Shown: positions 1 through 7,513 of the stretch, piece by piece
How positions within the stretch are numbered: the first letter of the stretch is position 1
Layout: each line of letters starts with the position of its first letter
Source of the DNA: Bryobacteraceae bacterium
GTDB taxonomy: Bacteria > Acidobacteriota > Terriglobia > Bryobacterales > Bryobacteraceae
Length of the DNA stretch: 64,000 nucleotides
NCBI GenBank assembly: GCA_036498815.1
Contig: DASYET010000028.1
Coordinates: forward strand, 241 to 64,240
Direction: 5' to 3'
Translations under genes and position numbers: made by a program
Notes under the pieces: generated by a model
The model's input: the letters and a program-made list of their open reading frames with translations, nothing else
Database searches by the model: none
Told to the model about the DNA's origin: nothing

Positions 1-130
1 TTCCTCTAGAATCCCCTCAACCTACCGGCGGCCGAACACACCCGGCGATAATCCGTGAGTCCCGGCCGCCCCAACGACTTTTCTTAAGTTGCACAGGCTT
101 CTCCCTGTGAGCCGCGGCCGAAGTGTGTCT

Positions 131-835
131 TTACTTCTCCGGAGTCTTCGCCAACTGCTGCTTCGCCCAAATCCGCCCCGGATTCAGCTGCACCGCCGTC
201 TGCAATTCCTTATGTGCCTCGGCATTCCGATTCGCCTTGTGCAGCGCGATCCCCAGCCACAAATGCGCCTCCGCCGACTTCCCGTCCAGCTCAATCGCCT
301 TCTGGAAATCCTTGACCGCCGCATCCACGCCGCCGCCCATCGCGGCCGGAAGATAGTAGTTCCCCACGCCCCGGCTCACGTAATTCGCCGAAGCCTTTGG
401 ATCCATCTGCACAGCCTTGTTCACTTCATCCTGCGCGCAATGCCCGTACTTGATGCCCGTCAGTACATTCGCCGGAATCACCTGCCCGCACAACGTTCCC
501 AGGATGCGATGATACTCCGCCGAATCGCCCTTCAAAGAAGTTGCCTTCTCCGCCGCCACAATCCCGATCTCCGCCGCCGCCTTCGCGCGATTCTTGTCGC
601 CGGTCTCCATCGCGATCTCGGCCAAATACGATTGCGCCAGCGCCAGCCGGTACTGCGCCTGCACGTCGTTTGGTTGCTTCTTCGCGGCCTCGCTGAACTG
701 GCTCGCGATTCTCTCCAGCGTTCCGCGATCTTGCAGGTCGCGCGCTTTCTGGAGCTCCGCCGGATTGAACGCGGCGCCTTGGAACAAGAGGAGGGTGGAG
801 ATTAAAGCAGGCGTGAATGCCATGGCCACTTTCAT
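131..835 (-). CDS. secreted TPR-repeat protein
   Basis: 234-aa ORF with a hydrophobic signal-like N-terminus (AFTPALISTLLLFQGAA). It carries A/L/Y-rich helical TPR-type repeats (AEAHLWLGIALHKANRNAEAHKELQTAVQLNP). The overlapping + strand ORFs are R/L-rich shadows. Confidence 0.8.
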   Translation of the reverse strand: MKVAMAFTPALISTLLLFQGAAFNPAELQKARDLQDRGTLERIASQFSEAAKKQPNDVQAQYRLALAQSYLAEIAMETGDKNRAKAAAEIGIVAAEKATSLKGDSAEYHRILGTLCGQVIPANVLTGIKYGHCAQDEVNKAVQMDPKASANYVSRGVGNYYLPAAMGGGVDAAVKDFQKAIELDGKSAEAHLWLGIALHKANRNAEAHKELQTAVQLNPGRIWAKQQLAKTPEK

Positions 836-883
836 TCTAACCGCCCCCGGGAATAAAGTTGCAGTTTTCCGAGTCCTGCACCA

Positions 884-1384
884 TTGCTACTCTTGGTTCG
901 AGTGCCCCAGAGCTTCGAGGAAATCTTCCTGCCGCATTTCAGCGCGGCCTACAACCTCGCCCGCTGGCTGACCGCTTCCGATTCCGACGCCGAAGATCTC
1001 TGCCACGATGCCTACGTAAAAGCGCTCGCCTCCTTCAAATCCTTCCGAGGCGCAAATCCCAAATCCTGGCTCCTCACCATCGTTCGCAACACCTGTTTCG
1101 ATTGGCTCCGTCAGCGCCGCCCGTCCGCACTCCTCCCCGTCGACGAGGAACTCCCCGCGCCCGGCCCATCTCCCGAAACCCAATATCTCCGTGAGCTCGA
1201 TCGCCACGCGCTCCAATCCGCTCTAGCGCGCCTGCCCGCCGAGTTTCAAGAAGTCCTCATCTTGCGTGAATTCGAAGACCTCTCCTACAAAGAAATCTCC
1301 GACATCGCCGGAGTCCCCCTGGGCACCGTAATGTCCCGTCTCGCCCGAGCGCGTCAGCGCCTCCGCACGGAGTTGAAACCATGA
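884..1384 (+). CDS. ECF (sigma-70 family) RNA polymerase sigma factor
   Basis: Region 2 (DAEDLCHDAYVKAL...NPKSWLLTIVRNTCFDWLRQRR) and region 4 HTH (LSYKEISDIAGVPLGTVMSRLARAR) are present. The start is TTG at 884; GTG at 902 is equally possible. The stop overlaps the next start (ATGA). Confidence 0.9.
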   Translation: MLLLVRVPQSFEEIFLPHFSAAYNLARWLTASDSDAEDLCHDAYVKALASFKSFRGANPKSWLLTIVRNTCFDWLRQRRPSALLPVDEELPAPGPSPETQYLRELDRHALQSALARLPAEFQEVLILREFEDLSYKEISDIAGVPLGTVMSRLARARQRLRTELKP

Positions 1385-2109
1385 CCTGCCCCGAAGTGAG
1401 AAAACAGCTCCAAGCCTTTCACGACGGCCAACTCGATCGCGCCGCCTCCGATGCCGTCTCCGAGCATCTGAGCCAGTGCCCCGAATGCATGTCAATCCTG
1501 GAAAGCGAAGAAAAGCTCTCGCGAGCCCTCCGCCAACCCGAGCTTCGCTTCACCCCGCCCTCCGGAGCCGAAGCCCGCCTGCGCCAGAGGCTCAAGCCGC
1601 AGCGAGCAACTCCAGCGTCGCGATGGTGGCTCGCTGCCGCCGCGGCGCTTCTTCTCGTCGGACTCGGCGTCACCTGGATCTCGCTCTCCGTCTCCGCCGA
1701 AAAGCAACTCGCGCTCGAAACGGTCAGCGATCATATCCGGTCATTGCAAGCCAACCATCTCACCGATGTTGTCTCCACCGACAACCACACCGTGAAACCG
1801 TGGTTCAACGGCAAGATCGACTTCTCGCCGACCGTCCAAGACCTCGCCGCCCGAGGCTACGAACTCTCGGGCGGCCGCCTCGACTATCTCGGAGGCCGCC
1901 CCGTCGCCGCGCTCGTTTATCGCCGCCGATTGCACGTCATCAACGTCTTCACTTGGCCCGCCGCCGAAAGGGATCGGGGCCCGTCCCAGGTCCTGACCCA
2001 ACAAGGCTACAATGTCGTCCGCTGGTCGCACGCGGGAATGACCTACTGGGCCGTCTCCGATCTAGCCTCCCCTGAGCTCTTGGATCTCGCCAACTTACTT
2101 CGGGAATAA
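1381..2109 (+). CDS. membrane-spanning zinc-finger (zf-HC2/ZAS) anti-sigma factor
   Basis: The N-terminus has C3-x25-H29-x3-C33-x2-C36 (HLSQCPEC). There is one TM segment (WWLAAAAALLLVGLGVTWISL). It is translationally coupled to the upstream ECF sigma gene. Confidence 0.85.
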   Translation: MTCPEVRKQLQAFHDGQLDRAASDAVSEHLSQCPECMSILESEEKLSRALRQPELRFTPPSGAEARLRQRLKPQRATPASRWWLAAAAALLLVGLGVTWISLSVSAEKQLALETVSDHIRSLQANHLTDVVSTDNHTVKPWFNGKIDFSPTVQDLAARGYELSGGRLDYLGGRPVAALVYRRRLHVINVFTWPAAERDRGPSQVLTQQGYNVVRWSHAGMTYWAVSDLASPELLDLANLLRE

Positions 2110-2150
2110 ATTCGCGCCCGCCTCGTCTCGCATGGTGAAAGGGATTCACC

Positions 2151-3059
2151 ATGAAAAAAATAGATCGACGCGGATTCTTGGAATGCATGGCCTGGGCAGG
2201 CTCCGGAGTTCTCTGGCAGATGGGGCAGGGCACTGCCCGAGGCCAAGTCCTGAGCGGACACACGCCCATGGGCTCCGGACTCAACTTCGTTCAGATCAGC
2301 GACAGCCACATCGGCTTCAGCGCTCCTGCCAACATGGACGTCACCGGCACCTTGCAGGAGACCGTCAATTTGATCAACGGTCTCGCCGCGCCACCCGCAT
2401 TCCTGCTGCACACCGGCGACATCACGCATCTTTCAAAGCCCGAAGAATTCGACACCGCCGCCGAGATCCTCAAGTCCTCGAAAGCCGAAATCTTCTACGT
2501 CCCCGGCGAGCATGACGTCATGGGTGCGGACTCGCACGCCTACCTCGACCGCTACGGCAAATCCACGCAAGGCGACGGTTGGTATAGCTTCGATCACAGC
2601 GGCGTGCATTTTGTGGGACTCGTCAACGTGAAGCTCCGCTCCGCCGGAGGCTTTGGCCGCCTGGGGCCCGATCAAATCGAGTGGCTCCGCCGCGATCTCG
2701 AAGCGAAATCCGCCAGTACCCCCATCGTTGTTTTTGCCCACATGCCTCTCTGGACCGCCTACGAGCAGTGGGGCTGGGGCACCAGCGACGCCATGGAGGC
2801 GATGCAGCTTCTGCGCCGCTTCGGCTCCGTCAGCGTCCTCAACGGGCACATCCACCAGACCATGCAGAAGGTGGAAGGCAACCTCTTCTTCCACACGGCG
2901 ATGTCGACGGCCTTCCCGCAGCCTGCTCCCGGAGCCGCCTCCGGACCCGGCCCCATGGTAGTCCCCGCAGACCGGCTCAGGAGCCTCCTGGGCCTGACCA
3001 AAGTCGGCTATGTCGCCGGAAAATCTCCGTTGGCCGTGGTCGACCAACCGCTGGGTTAG
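2151..3059 (+). CDS. Tat-signal metallophosphoesterase (calcineurin-like phosphoesterase)
   Basis: Twin-arginine signal (DRRGFLECMAWAGSG). Metallophosphoesterase motifs are present: ISDSH, HTGDITH, PGEHD and NGHIH. Confidence 0.85.
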   Translation: MKKIDRRGFLECMAWAGSGVLWQMGQGTARGQVLSGHTPMGSGLNFVQISDSHIGFSAPANMDVTGTLQETVNLINGLAAPPAFLLHTGDITHLSKPEEFDTAAEILKSSKAEIFYVPGEHDVMGADSHAYLDRYGKSTQGDGWYSFDHSGVHFVGLVNVKLRSAGGFGRLGPDQIEWLRRDLEAKSASTPIVVFAHMPLWTAYEQWGWGTSDAMEAMQLLRRFGSVSVLNGHIHQTMQKVEGNLFFHTAMSTAFPQPAPGAASGPGPMVVPADRLRSLLGLTKVGYVAGKSPLAVVDQPLG

Positions 3060-3697
3060 GGCCTTTTCTCCGGACCTTTCTCCGGACCTTTCTCCGGACC
3101 GTCCCACCGCTGCGCGTCGACCGGGGGCAAGCCGAGCAAATCCAGGGTCCGGTCGACGCTATGTTCCACCAAATCCGCCACGGTCTCCGGGTGGTTATAG
3201 AAGCCTGGAACCGGCGGAGCGATGATCGCGCCCATCTCGGCCAGAGCTGTCATGGAGCGAAGATGACCGAGATGGAAGGGCGACTCCCGGACCATCAAAA
3301 CCAGCCGCCGGCGCTCTTTCAGCGTGACGTCCGCCGCTCGAATCATCAGGTTGCCGCTTATCCCGGCCGCGATGGCCGACATACTGTGGATCGAGCACGG
3401 AGCGATCACCATTCCGCCGGTAAGGAACGATCCGCTGGCCAGCCGGCATCCTATATCCTCCGGCGGGTAACTGAATTCCGCCAAACTCCGGAAATCCGCC
3501 GCGGATTTTCCCAGCTCTAAGTGCGCGGTTCGTTCCCCTGAGCGCGAAAGAATCAAATGCACTTCCAAGTCCGCGTTCGCACGGAGCTTTTCCAGGAGTC
3601 GCCAACCGTAAACAGTACCGCTCGCACCAGTTACACCCACGACGATGCGCGATTTTCCAGGCTCTCGCACGCTCCTCCTTGTCTTGCTTTGTTCCAA
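3056..3697 (-). CDS. ubiX: flavin prenyltransferase UbiX
   Basis: IVVGVTGASGTVYGWRLLEKL flavoprotein fold, plus APCSIHSMSAIAAGISGNLMIRAADVTLKERRRLVLMVRE typical of UbiX/Pad1. The C-terminus ends in (GPEK)x3. Confidence 0.9.
   Translation of the reverse strand: MEQSKTRRSVREPGKSRIVVGVTGASGTVYGWRLLEKLRANADLEVHLILSRSGERTAHLELGKSAADFRSLAEFSYPPEDIGCRLASGSFLTGGMVIAPCSIHSMSAIAAGISGNLMIRAADVTLKERRRLVLMVRESPFHLGHLRSMTALAEMGAIIAPPVPGFYNHPETVADLVEHSVDRTLDLLGLPPVDAQRWDGPEKGPEKGPEKRP
3065..3100. repeat. 12-nt x3 perfect tandem repeat (TTTCTCCGGACC)
   Basis: Read directly from the sequence. It is in frame on the minus strand and encodes GPEKGPEKGPEK at the UbiX C-terminus. Confidence 0.95.
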
Positions 3698-3715
3698 AAA
3701 CGCAAACTCACCAGA

Positions 3716-3739
3716 CTTTTGTTCTGAATTCAGAACAAA
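3716..3739. promoter_or_regulatory. 24-bp perfect palindrome TTTTGTTCTGAATTCAGAACAAAA (candidate operator)
   Basis: Perfect inverted repeat read directly from the sequence. It lies in the divergent ubiX / HTH-regulator intergenic region and ends 3 nt upstream of a -35-like hexamer. Confidence 0.5.
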
Positions 3740-3742
3740 AAG

Positions 3743-3772
3743 CTTGCGATGGCCCGGTACTGGTAGGTATAA
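3743..3772 (+). promoter_or_regulatory. candidate sigma-70 promoter for the HTH regulator gene
   Basis: TTGCGA (3743-3748), an 18-nt spacer, then a perfect TATAAT (3767-3772). This is about 90 nt upstream of the ATG at 3864. Confidence 0.4.
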
Positions 3773-3863
3773 TCCTTACCCAGAGAGTCCGAACTTTCAA
3801 CCCTCTCAATCCGATGCCGGCATCCTCAAGGTCTCTAGGACGCCGCCCCCCAAGTCAACCATC

Positions 3864-4661
3864 ATGGAGGAAGCCGCACAGAAACTCAAGCGCGTCCGGG
3901 AGAGGCTCGGACTAAAGTACCGCCACGTGGAGGAAGCCACCACGCGGATCGCGAACGCGCACGAGAACGACGAATATCTGGTGTCGCTCAGCCGCCTTTC
4001 GGATATTGAAAACAAAGGTACAATGCCGACCTTGTACCGTTTGTATTCGCTGTGCGCGGTTTACCGGCTGGATTTTAAAGAGGCACTCTCCTGGTACGGC
4101 ATCAAGCTGGAACAGCTGCCGATCGACGCGACGCTAGTCGAACTTCCCCGTACACAACTTGTGGGGATTCAAGCAAACGAGGACACGGAAGTCCACTTGC
4201 CGATTTCGCTCGAGCCCGGGATCGACCTGGCGAAAACCGAATTCCTCAGCCGGATGATCCAACGGTGGGGCAAGTTACCTCTAGTACTACTCCAGAATAT
4301 GGATGTAAAGAACCACCTCTACGGATTGATCGGCACCGAGGACTGGTTCATGTTTCCGATCATCGCGCCGGGATCGCTGGTGGTGATCGACGACAGCCGG
4401 CGTAAGATCATCAATACGGGCTGGATCACGGAGTTCGAGCGGCCGATCTATTTTGTAGAACACCGGAATGGTTATTGTTGCGCGTGGTGCTCCCAGAAGG
4501 AAGACCGCATTACGCTGCATCCGCATCCGTCCTCGCAGTACGATCCTGAGTTCTATACGTACCCCAGCGAGATTGAAATTATCGGGCAGGTCACTCAAGT
4601 CGCGATGACGCTCGATCCGGCGGTCCGCCGGAGACCGCGCCAGGAAAACTCCGGGCTTTAG
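3864..4661 (+). CDS. XRE-family HTH transcriptional regulator with LexA/CI-like (peptidase S24-like) C-terminal domain
   Basis: HTH_XRE region: LKRVRERLGLKYRHVEEATTRIAN...SRLSDIENKGTMPTLYRLYSLCAVYRLDF. The C-terminal pattern APGSLVVIDDS...ITLHPHP...IEIIGQVTQV matches the S24 beta-fold. I chose the start at M74 of ORF 3645..4661 because the upstream part overlaps the ubiX 5' end. Confidence 0.8.
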   Translation: MEEAAQKLKRVRERLGLKYRHVEEATTRIANAHENDEYLVSLSRLSDIENKGTMPTLYRLYSLCAVYRLDFKEALSWYGIKLEQLPIDATLVELPRTQLVGIQANEDTEVHLPISLEPGIDLAKTEFLSRMIQRWGKLPLVLLQNMDVKNHLYGLIGTEDWFMFPIIAPGSLVVIDDSRRKIINTGWITEFERPIYFVEHRNGYCCAWCSQKEDRITLHPHPSSQYDPEFYTYPSEIEIIGQVTQVAMTLDPAVRRRPRQENSGL

Positions 4662-4762
4662 TACTGCTTTTCCAGTTTCCGAAAGCGTTGTCTCAGGATT
4701 AAGAAAACTCCTCCAGGCGCTATACCGTACCAGGTGTACGGTTCTAGACCCAGGAGGTTTCA

Positions 4763-4957
4763 ATGTTTAAATTTGTGTCCCGGCTCGGGGCATTTCTCCT
4801 TACCGCTATCGCGGTCGACTTGGCGCACGCCGATGTTGGCATTCCGTGTCCCACTTGCTACTGGGACGGAGCTTGCGTGGCTCAGTTCGGTGCGGGATGG
4901 TATTACTGCGGAACGGACGACGACGGCTGGTACTGGTGCTGCCCGGTGGGCGGCTAA
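4763..4957 (+). CDS. small secreted Cys/Trp/Tyr-rich mini-protein (64-aa precursor)
   Basis: AGGAGG lies 5 nt upstream of the ATG. Signal-peptide-like N-terminus MFKFVSRLGAFLLTAIAVDLAHA. The predicted 41-aa mature part has 6 Cys, 4 Trp, 4 Tyr and 8 Gly (DVGIPCPTCYWDGACVAQFGAGWYYCGTDDDGWYWCCPVGG). Confidence 0.65.
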   Translation: MFKFVSRLGAFLLTAIAVDLAHADVGIPCPTCYWDGACVAQFGAGWYYCGTDDDGWYWCCPVGG

Positions 4958-5036
4958 AGCATGTTGGGCGCGGAGTGCCGTCTACCGCGCCCTTCCCTTG
5001 AAAAATCCAGATTCCCTTCGAGAAAGAAGTCATTTC

Positions 5037-5579
5037 ATGAAAAACAATCGTGTAGCAACTATTTTTGCGCTGGCCCTGGTGGGTGCGCTGATCGCATACT
5101 TTCCGCCGGGCCCGTTCAGCTGGCGCACGTTCTTGCTGGATCCGTCGTCGAACGAAGCAAAGCTTATGTTCTTGGCGAAGGTGTATCTGGCGCCCGCCCT
5201 CTTGTCCATGGTGGCGGTGGTGGGTTTCCGGGTGCAGATGGGATTGTCGATGACCGGCGCGGCGCCGAGCGCCGTGTTTCCGCTGGCGCTGCTGGCATCC
5301 GGCGCGATGATGGCCGGGTTACGTTCGATGTCCGGGGGCGTGGGCGGAGTTCCCGGTTACGCGGTGGGGATGTCGCTAGGCTACACGCTGATGGCGAATA
5401 TCTACGGGTTCAAGAAGACGGAGCAGACGGTGTTCGGGAGGCCGGTTCTGAAGATCGTGTGGCGGAAGCAGGCGCTGGCAAATGCGACGCCGGTGGCGCA
5501 AACCGGCCCAGGGGTGGGTCCGGCCTCCTCGGCGGTGGGTCAAGCTCCCGCGGTGGGTCAAGCTTCCGCGGCAGCGTAA
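5037..5579 (+). CDS. polytopic membrane protein, unknown function
   Basis: 180 aa from M102 of ORF 4734..5579, with about 4 hydrophobic segments (VATIFALALVGALIAYF, LAPALLSMVAVVGF, VFPLALLASGAMMAGL, AVGMSLGYTLMANIYGF). The tail is low-complexity A/G/P/Q. The upstream part of the ORF is R/T/A-rich and overlaps the peptide gene. Confidence 0.65.
   Translation: MKNNRVATIFALALVGALIAYFPPGPFSWRTFLLDPSSNEAKLMFLAKVYLAPALLSMVAVVGFRVQMGLSMTGAAPSAVFPLALLASGAMMAGLRSMSGGVGGVPGYAVGMSLGYTLMANIYGFKKTEQTVFGRPVLKIVWRKQALANATPVAQTGPGVGPASSAVGQAPAVGQASAAA
5532..5567 (+). repeat. 18-nt tandem duplication (GCGGTGGGTCAAGCTNCC x2)
   Basis: Two adjacent copies with 1 mismatch, read directly. They encode AVGQAP/AVGQAS in the tail of the membrane protein. 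Confidence 0.9.
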
Positions 5580-5604
5580 CGGCAGGGGAGGCGGCGGCGC
5601 CGGA

Positions 5605-6030
5605 TCAGCACTTCAGGGTTTCCACCAGAATGGCGAATTCCCGGAGGAAGAGCTGTTGTTCCGCATCGCGCGCGGAGGCCGGAAGGTAGCTGCCCGGAAT
5701 CCCGGCCTTGGCCCAATATTCGACCACGGCGCAGGAGGGAGGCTCCACGCTCTCCAGGTATTCCACCAGATCCTGGCGTTTCTGAGCGAGGGGCAATTTG
5801 AGCCATTGCTGGAAGAGCTGGGAATGAGAATCGCCTAAAGCGCGCCGGCTTTCGTCGCGTCCGAAGATCGATCCCAGGCCGTGGTGATTGTAAATGCCGG
5901 AGTTAGGGTCGCGCAGGGAAGCCAGATAAGCGAGGCGGCCGAACAGGCTGGGAATCCGGGACAGCGTGTTCTTGAATAAATCGGCGCTGGCCGACCCCGC
6001 GAGCATTGCTTTGGGCCTGAATTGCGGCAC
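5605..6030 (-). CDS. hypothetical protein (no recognised domain)
   Basis: The C-terminal 133-141 aa of ORF 5605..6498 look protein-like (LFGRLAYLASLRDPNSGIYNHHGLGSIFGRDESRRALGDSHSQLFQQWLKL...). GTG at 6030 is preceded by GAGG 5 nt upstream; ATG at 6006 is the alternative. The rest of the long ORF is R/Q-rich and antisense to the gene at 6094. Confidence 0.55.
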   Translation of the reverse strand: MPQFRPKAMLAGSASADLFKNTLSRIPSLFGRLAYLASLRDPNSGIYNHHGLGSIFGRDESRRALGDSHSQLFQQWLKLPLAQKRQDLVEYLESVEPPSCAVVEYWAKAGIPGSYLPASARDAEQQLFLREFAILVETLKC

Positions 6031-6093
6031 TGTCGCCTCAAACTGATTGTAAGCTATTCGGATTGCGGCGGCGGGCCCCAGGCGTCCTCCTGA

Positions 6094-6879
6094 ATGGTAG
6101 ACTTGAGGACACTCTTGAGTCTCTACGAAGCACTCGACCATTGGTTCCAGTACTTGAACCTCGCAGGGGATGTCGCGCTGCTGGCGGCGCTGGCATGGCG
6201 AAAATTGGCGGGCGTCTATCCGGTGCTTATCGTCTATTTCCTGCTGGATCTGTTGGAGGCGGTGGCGGCCTATGGCCTCGGCGAGCAGTACCAGCTTCCC
6301 CTGTACTATTCGTTTCAGGCGCTCAAGTGGGCTCTGGCGTTCTGGTTCGTATTGGATCTGTATGGGCGGATTCTGTCGCCCTATGCGGCGCTGGCCAAGT
6401 TTGGGCGCGGGACGGTGGGGGGCCTGCTGGCCTTGTCGATCGCGGCCTCGGTCCCGACCTTTTTCGTCGAACTCAACCGGCCTTTCGAGCCGGACCATTT
6501 CGGCTTCCTGATGAACCGGTTTGAGCGCATCGCGGATCTGACGATTGCCGTCCTGGTGGTGCTGATGAGCATTTTTCTCATCTGGTACCCGGTTAAAGTG
6601 CGGCGCAACGTGGCGGCGTATATGGCGGGATTTGCCGTGGATTTCAGTGCCCGGGCGCTGGCATTAACCGGCATCGACTGGTGGCGGCAATATTACCGGC
6701 AGATCGATGCGGCGATGCTGGCGGTCGCCTTCGGGTGCATGTTGTTCTGGATTCTGGTGATGCGGCCGGAGGGCGAGGTCCGTACGATGACGGGGCACGG
6801 CTGGAATGAGGACGAGGCCCATCGTTTAAGCCGGCAATTGGACGAGATCAATGACCGGCTGGAACGTCTGTTGCACTAA
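6094..6879 (+). CDS. polytopic membrane protein with C-terminal coiled-coil-like tail, unknown function
   Basis: 261 aa with about 6-7 hydrophobic helices (VYPVLIVYFLLDLLEAVAAYGL, ALKWALAFWFVLDLY, TIAVLVVLMSIFLIWY, AMLAVAFGCMLFWILV). The tail is charged (NEDEAHRLSRQLDEINDRLERLLH). Confidence 0.7.
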   Translation: MVDLRTLLSLYEALDHWFQYLNLAGDVALLAALAWRKLAGVYPVLIVYFLLDLLEAVAAYGLGEQYQLPLYYSFQALKWALAFWFVLDLYGRILSPYAALAKFGRGTVGGLLALSIAASVPTFFVELNRPFEPDHFGFLMNRFERIADLTIAVLVVLMSIFLIWYPVKVRRNVAAYMAGFAVDFSARALALTGIDWWRQYYRQIDAAMLAVAFGCMLFWILVMRPEGEVRTMTGHGWNEDEAHRLSRQLDEINDRLERLLH

Positions 6880-6930
6880 CTGCGCACCTTGCTGGCGATT
6901 TATTCCGCTTTAAATCGATAAAATAGGGGT

Positions 6931-6959
6931 TGCATTTGAAGACGCTCTTGCGTATCCTG
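6931..6959 (+). promoter_or_regulatory. candidate sigma-70 promoter
   Basis: TTGCAT (6931-6936), a 17-nt spacer, then TATCCT (6954-6959). This is 30 nt upstream of the ATG at 6989, in an AT-richer spacer. Confidence 0.3.
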
Positions 6960-6988
6960 TAAAGCATTATGAAGGGAACGGCCTCCTA

Positions 6989-7513
6989 ATGACGAACTGG
7001 CTTCCGGTAATCGCGATGAGTGGTGTCGGCGGGATGTTGTTGGGAATGGGGACGCTGTTATGGGTCCGTTTACGCGGGTACCGTCGTGCATCCGCGGGCA
7101 ACTCGGTTCCGCCGGGTGAGTTCGGCGCGGCGCGGCTGGCTCCCTTGGAGCGGTTGATGAGCGGCGACGATCTGGAGTTTCTGCGCGAGTTCTCGGCGTG
7201 CCGTCCGCATTTGGCGGCGCAATGGGAACGGGAGCGGCGGCAGATTTTCCGGCTGTATCTGCGGGAGGCGGCCGCGGAGTTTCAGCGGGTGCATGGCGAA
7301 GCCCGGCAACTGGTGGCGCGCGCCCCCGAAGAGCACGCCGATCTGGTGGGCAAGCTGATGCGGCAACAGGTCACCTTCTGGGTCACGCTCACCAAGATCG
7401 AACTGCATCTGGCTCTGGGCGGGCTGGGACTGGGCGAAATCGACGCGCGCAAGATTGTCGCGCTGATCGAGGTCACGCAGGCCGAGGTGCGGCCGGGGCT
7501 CCGGACGGCTTAG
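6989..7513 (+). CDS. hypothetical single-pass membrane protein with helical cytoplasmic domain
   Basis: 174 aa. N-terminal TM segment (LPVIAMSGVGGMLLGMGTLLWV) followed by an R/E/A-rich helical region. No known motif recognised. Confidence 0.6.
   Translation: MTNWLPVIAMSGVGGMLLGMGTLLWVRLRGYRRASAGNSVPPGEFGAARLAPLERLMSGDDLEFLREFSACRPHLAAQWERERRQIFRLYLREAAAEFQRVHGEARQLVARAPEEHADLVGKLMRQQVTFWVTLTKIELHLALGGLGLGEIDARKIVALIEVTQAEVRPGLRTA

Noticed and set aside
1-130. Weak hairpin CACAGG-GAGAAG-CCTGTG (minus strand) downstream of the TPR gene, as a possible terminator
   Set aside because: The stem is only 6 bp and there is no U-tract, which is too weak to call.
3645-3863. N-terminal 73 codons of ORF 3645..4661
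   Set aside because: This part overlaps the ubiX 5' end and the palindrome/promoter region. It also has non-protein-like composition. The HTH domain begins right after the internal ATG at 3864.
6031-6498. N-terminal half of the 297-aa minus-strand ORF 5605..6498
   Set aside because: It is R/Q/P-rich and lies fully antisense to the convincingly hydrophobic membrane gene 6094..6879. A GAGG-led GTG at 6030 gives a sensible shorter gene.
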